DNA of 64,000 nucleotides from the NCBI GenBank assembly GCA_963727505.1, contig CAVSGP010000002.1, positions 32,001-96,000 on the forward strand, written 5' to 3'. The notes beneath the pieces are model-generated. The model had not been told where the DNA came from and did not search any database. It was given only the letters and a program-made list of their open reading frames with translations. Position numbers and translations under genes: made by a program. Within the stretch, counting starts at the first letter, position 1, and every line of letters starts with the position of its first letter. The stretch comes from an uncultured Trueperaceae bacterium (GTDB taxonomy: Bacteria; Deinococcota; Deinococci; Deinococcales; Trueperaceae). Below, in pieces: positions 62,578 to 64,000 of this stretch.

Positions 62578-63591
62578 TCAGCGCGGTCGCAGGTCCAGCC
62601 CGCGCAGCGCTGCCAGATCGGCCACGCCTGCGCCGTGCATGGCGACGCGCAACTCGAACAGCAGGCGCTCGAGCACCGCCTCCACCGCCTCGGCCGACTC
62701 CGTGGCGGGCTCCAGCAACGGCCGCGCCACGGCGGCTGCGGAGGCGCCCAGTGCCAGGGCCTTCGCCACGTCGACGCCGCTGCGCACCCCGCCCGAGGCG
62801 ATCAAGGGGGTGCCGGGCACAGCCTGCGACACCTCGATCAGCGCGTCCACCGTAGGGATGCCCCACTCCACCAGGTCGGGGTGTCGCACCTCGCCATGGT
62901 GCGCCAGGTCCTCGACCTTGGCCCAGGACGTGCCTCCGGCGCCCGACACGTCGAACGCGGCGAACCCCACGTCGCGAACGGCGCCGGCGACGGCGCCGGA
63001 GAGACCGTGCCCGACCTCCTTGAGGATCACAGGACGCCCGACCTCCGGCACCACCTCGCCCAGACGCCGGACCAGACCCCGGAAATCGCGGTCGCCGCCC
63101 GCCTGCAGCGCCTCCTGCAGGGGATTGGTGTGGAGCGCCAGGGCGTCGGCACCGACCAGGTCGATCGCCTCGCGCAGCTTCTCGGAGCCGTAGCCGCGGT
63201 TGAGCTGCGCCACCCCGATGTTGCCGACCAGCAGGATGTCGGGCGCGTAGCGGCGCACCTGGAAGCCCGGCCGCGCGGCCGGGTCCTCCAGCATGACCCG
63301 CTGCGAGCCGAGCATCAGCCCCAGGCCGAGCCGCTGCGCGGCGATCGCGAGGTTGCGGTTGATGAGGCTGGAGAGCGCGGCCCCGCCCGTCATCGCGCCT
63401 ACCAACAGCGGCGCCGACAGCTCGCGGCCCAGGAAGGCAGTGCGCGTGTCGATCGCGTCCAGGTGCGTCTCGGGCAGGGCGCGGTAGGGCAGGTCGTAGC
63501 GCTCGAAGCCGGTGGTCCGGGTCCCATACTCGACGTCGCGCTCCAAACAGACCTCGATATGCTTGAGCTTGCGGCGGGTGAGGTCGGACAT
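62578..63591 (-). CDS. fni: Type 2 isopentenyl-diphosphate delta-isomerase
   Basis: RKLKHI, AMTGG, GSQR, NPLQE, KEVGHG, GGTSW. Confidence 0.95.
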   Translation of the reverse strand: MSDLTRRKLKHIEVCLERDVEYGTRTTGFERYDLPYRALPETHLDAIDTRTAFLGRELSAPLLVGAMTGGAALSSLINRNLAIAAQRLGLGLMLGSQRVMLEDPAARPGFQVRRYAPDILLVGNIGVAQLNRGYGSEKLREAIDLVGADALALHTNPLQEALQAGGDRDFRGLVRRLGEVVPEVGRPVILKEVGHGLSGAVAGAVRDVGFAAFDVSGAGGTSWAKVEDLAHHGEVRHPDLVEWGIPTVDALIEVSQAVPGTPLIASGGVRSGVDVAKALALGASAAAVARPLLEPATESAEAVEAVLERLLFELRVAMHGAGVADLAALRGLDLRPR

Positions 63592-63637
63592 CTCGTGCCC
63601 ACTCTACGGTGGCGCCTGCGGCAGCGGGGTCCGGGGC

Positions 63638-63689
63638 CCCGTACGAACATCCCGTACGAACACCCCGCACGAGCACCCCGCACGAGCGC
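63638..63689. repeat. 13-bp degenerate tandem repeat x4
   Basis: CCCGTACGAACAT / CCCGTACGAACAC / CCCGCACGAGCAC / CCCGCACGAGCGC. Confidence 0.85.
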
Positions 63690-63739
63690 AACGGCAACCC
63701 TCGCCGCGGAAACCACCTTCGAGCGTGTATAGTCCGGCA

Positions 63740-64000
63740 ATGCACTCCGTTCGCAACATCGCCCTGGCGCTGCTGGGGCCCGTGCTGCTGTCCCTCGCGG
63801 GCTGCGGGCTCCTCCAGACTTCGAATGATCTCACGGTGTCGCCGGCCAGCGTGACCCTCGACAGCTCTACGTCCCAGACCGTCGTCACGCTCAGCAACAC
63901 CAGCAACACCTCGACCTCCTGGACCACGACGTCGTCGGACGCTCACGTGTCCGTCAGCCCGGCCCTGGGCACCATCGCCGGCGGGAACAGCGCGGCGGTG
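63740..64000 (+). CDS. Lipoprotein with Ser/Thr-rich Ig/BACON-like domain, runs off the right edge
   Basis: MHSVRNIALALLGPVLLSLAGC lipobox, then VSPASVTL...VSVSPALG; leaderless start after TATAGT. Confidence 0.75.
   Translation, partial: MHSVRNIALALLGPVLLSLAGCGLLQTSNDLTVSPASVTLDSSTSQTVVTLSNTSNTSTSWTTTSSDAHVSVSPALGTIAGGNSAAV

Noticed and set aside
53933..63689. Short repeat arrays as CRISPR
   Set aside because: Units are 12-14 bp, contiguous, without spacers, and there are no cas genes.

Overview
High-GC chromosomal segment, most likely from a Deinococcota bacterium (inferred from the Thermus-like complex I subunits, RecA, type 2 IDI, paa operon and many leaderless genes). From left to right: the start of the nuo/nqo operon (nuoA-F plus a partial nuoG); tRNA-Lys and tRNA-Glu; accessory enzymes and tRNA-Val; a Tat-signal protein coupled to a polysaccharide deacetylase; an IclR-led catabolic operon; kynU; a two-component system; a NodI/J-like ABC exporter; a BTAD-AAA regulator with a BBE-type oxidase; a DsrE-TusA-SQR-DUF1641 sulfur operon; a PAS-GGDEF-EAL protein; a ClC channel; 2-oxoacid:ferredoxin oxidoreductase; recA; E1 alpha/beta; paaR-paaABCD; a type III PKS-methyltransferase-monooxygenase-UbiA cluster; htrA; an acyl-CoA dehydrogenase; an SDR; fni; and a partial lipoprotein. 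No CRISPR array, integrase or transposase was seen. The most unusual signals are (1) a sharply bounded G/T codon-skewed core in a stand-alone recA, with a G-quadruplex motif, (2) a prenylated polyketide-quinone-like cluster, (3) the sulfur operon carrying a Rex-like box also found at nuo, and (4) the Tat protein/deacetylase pair. All calls come from motif recognition by eye; no searches were run.
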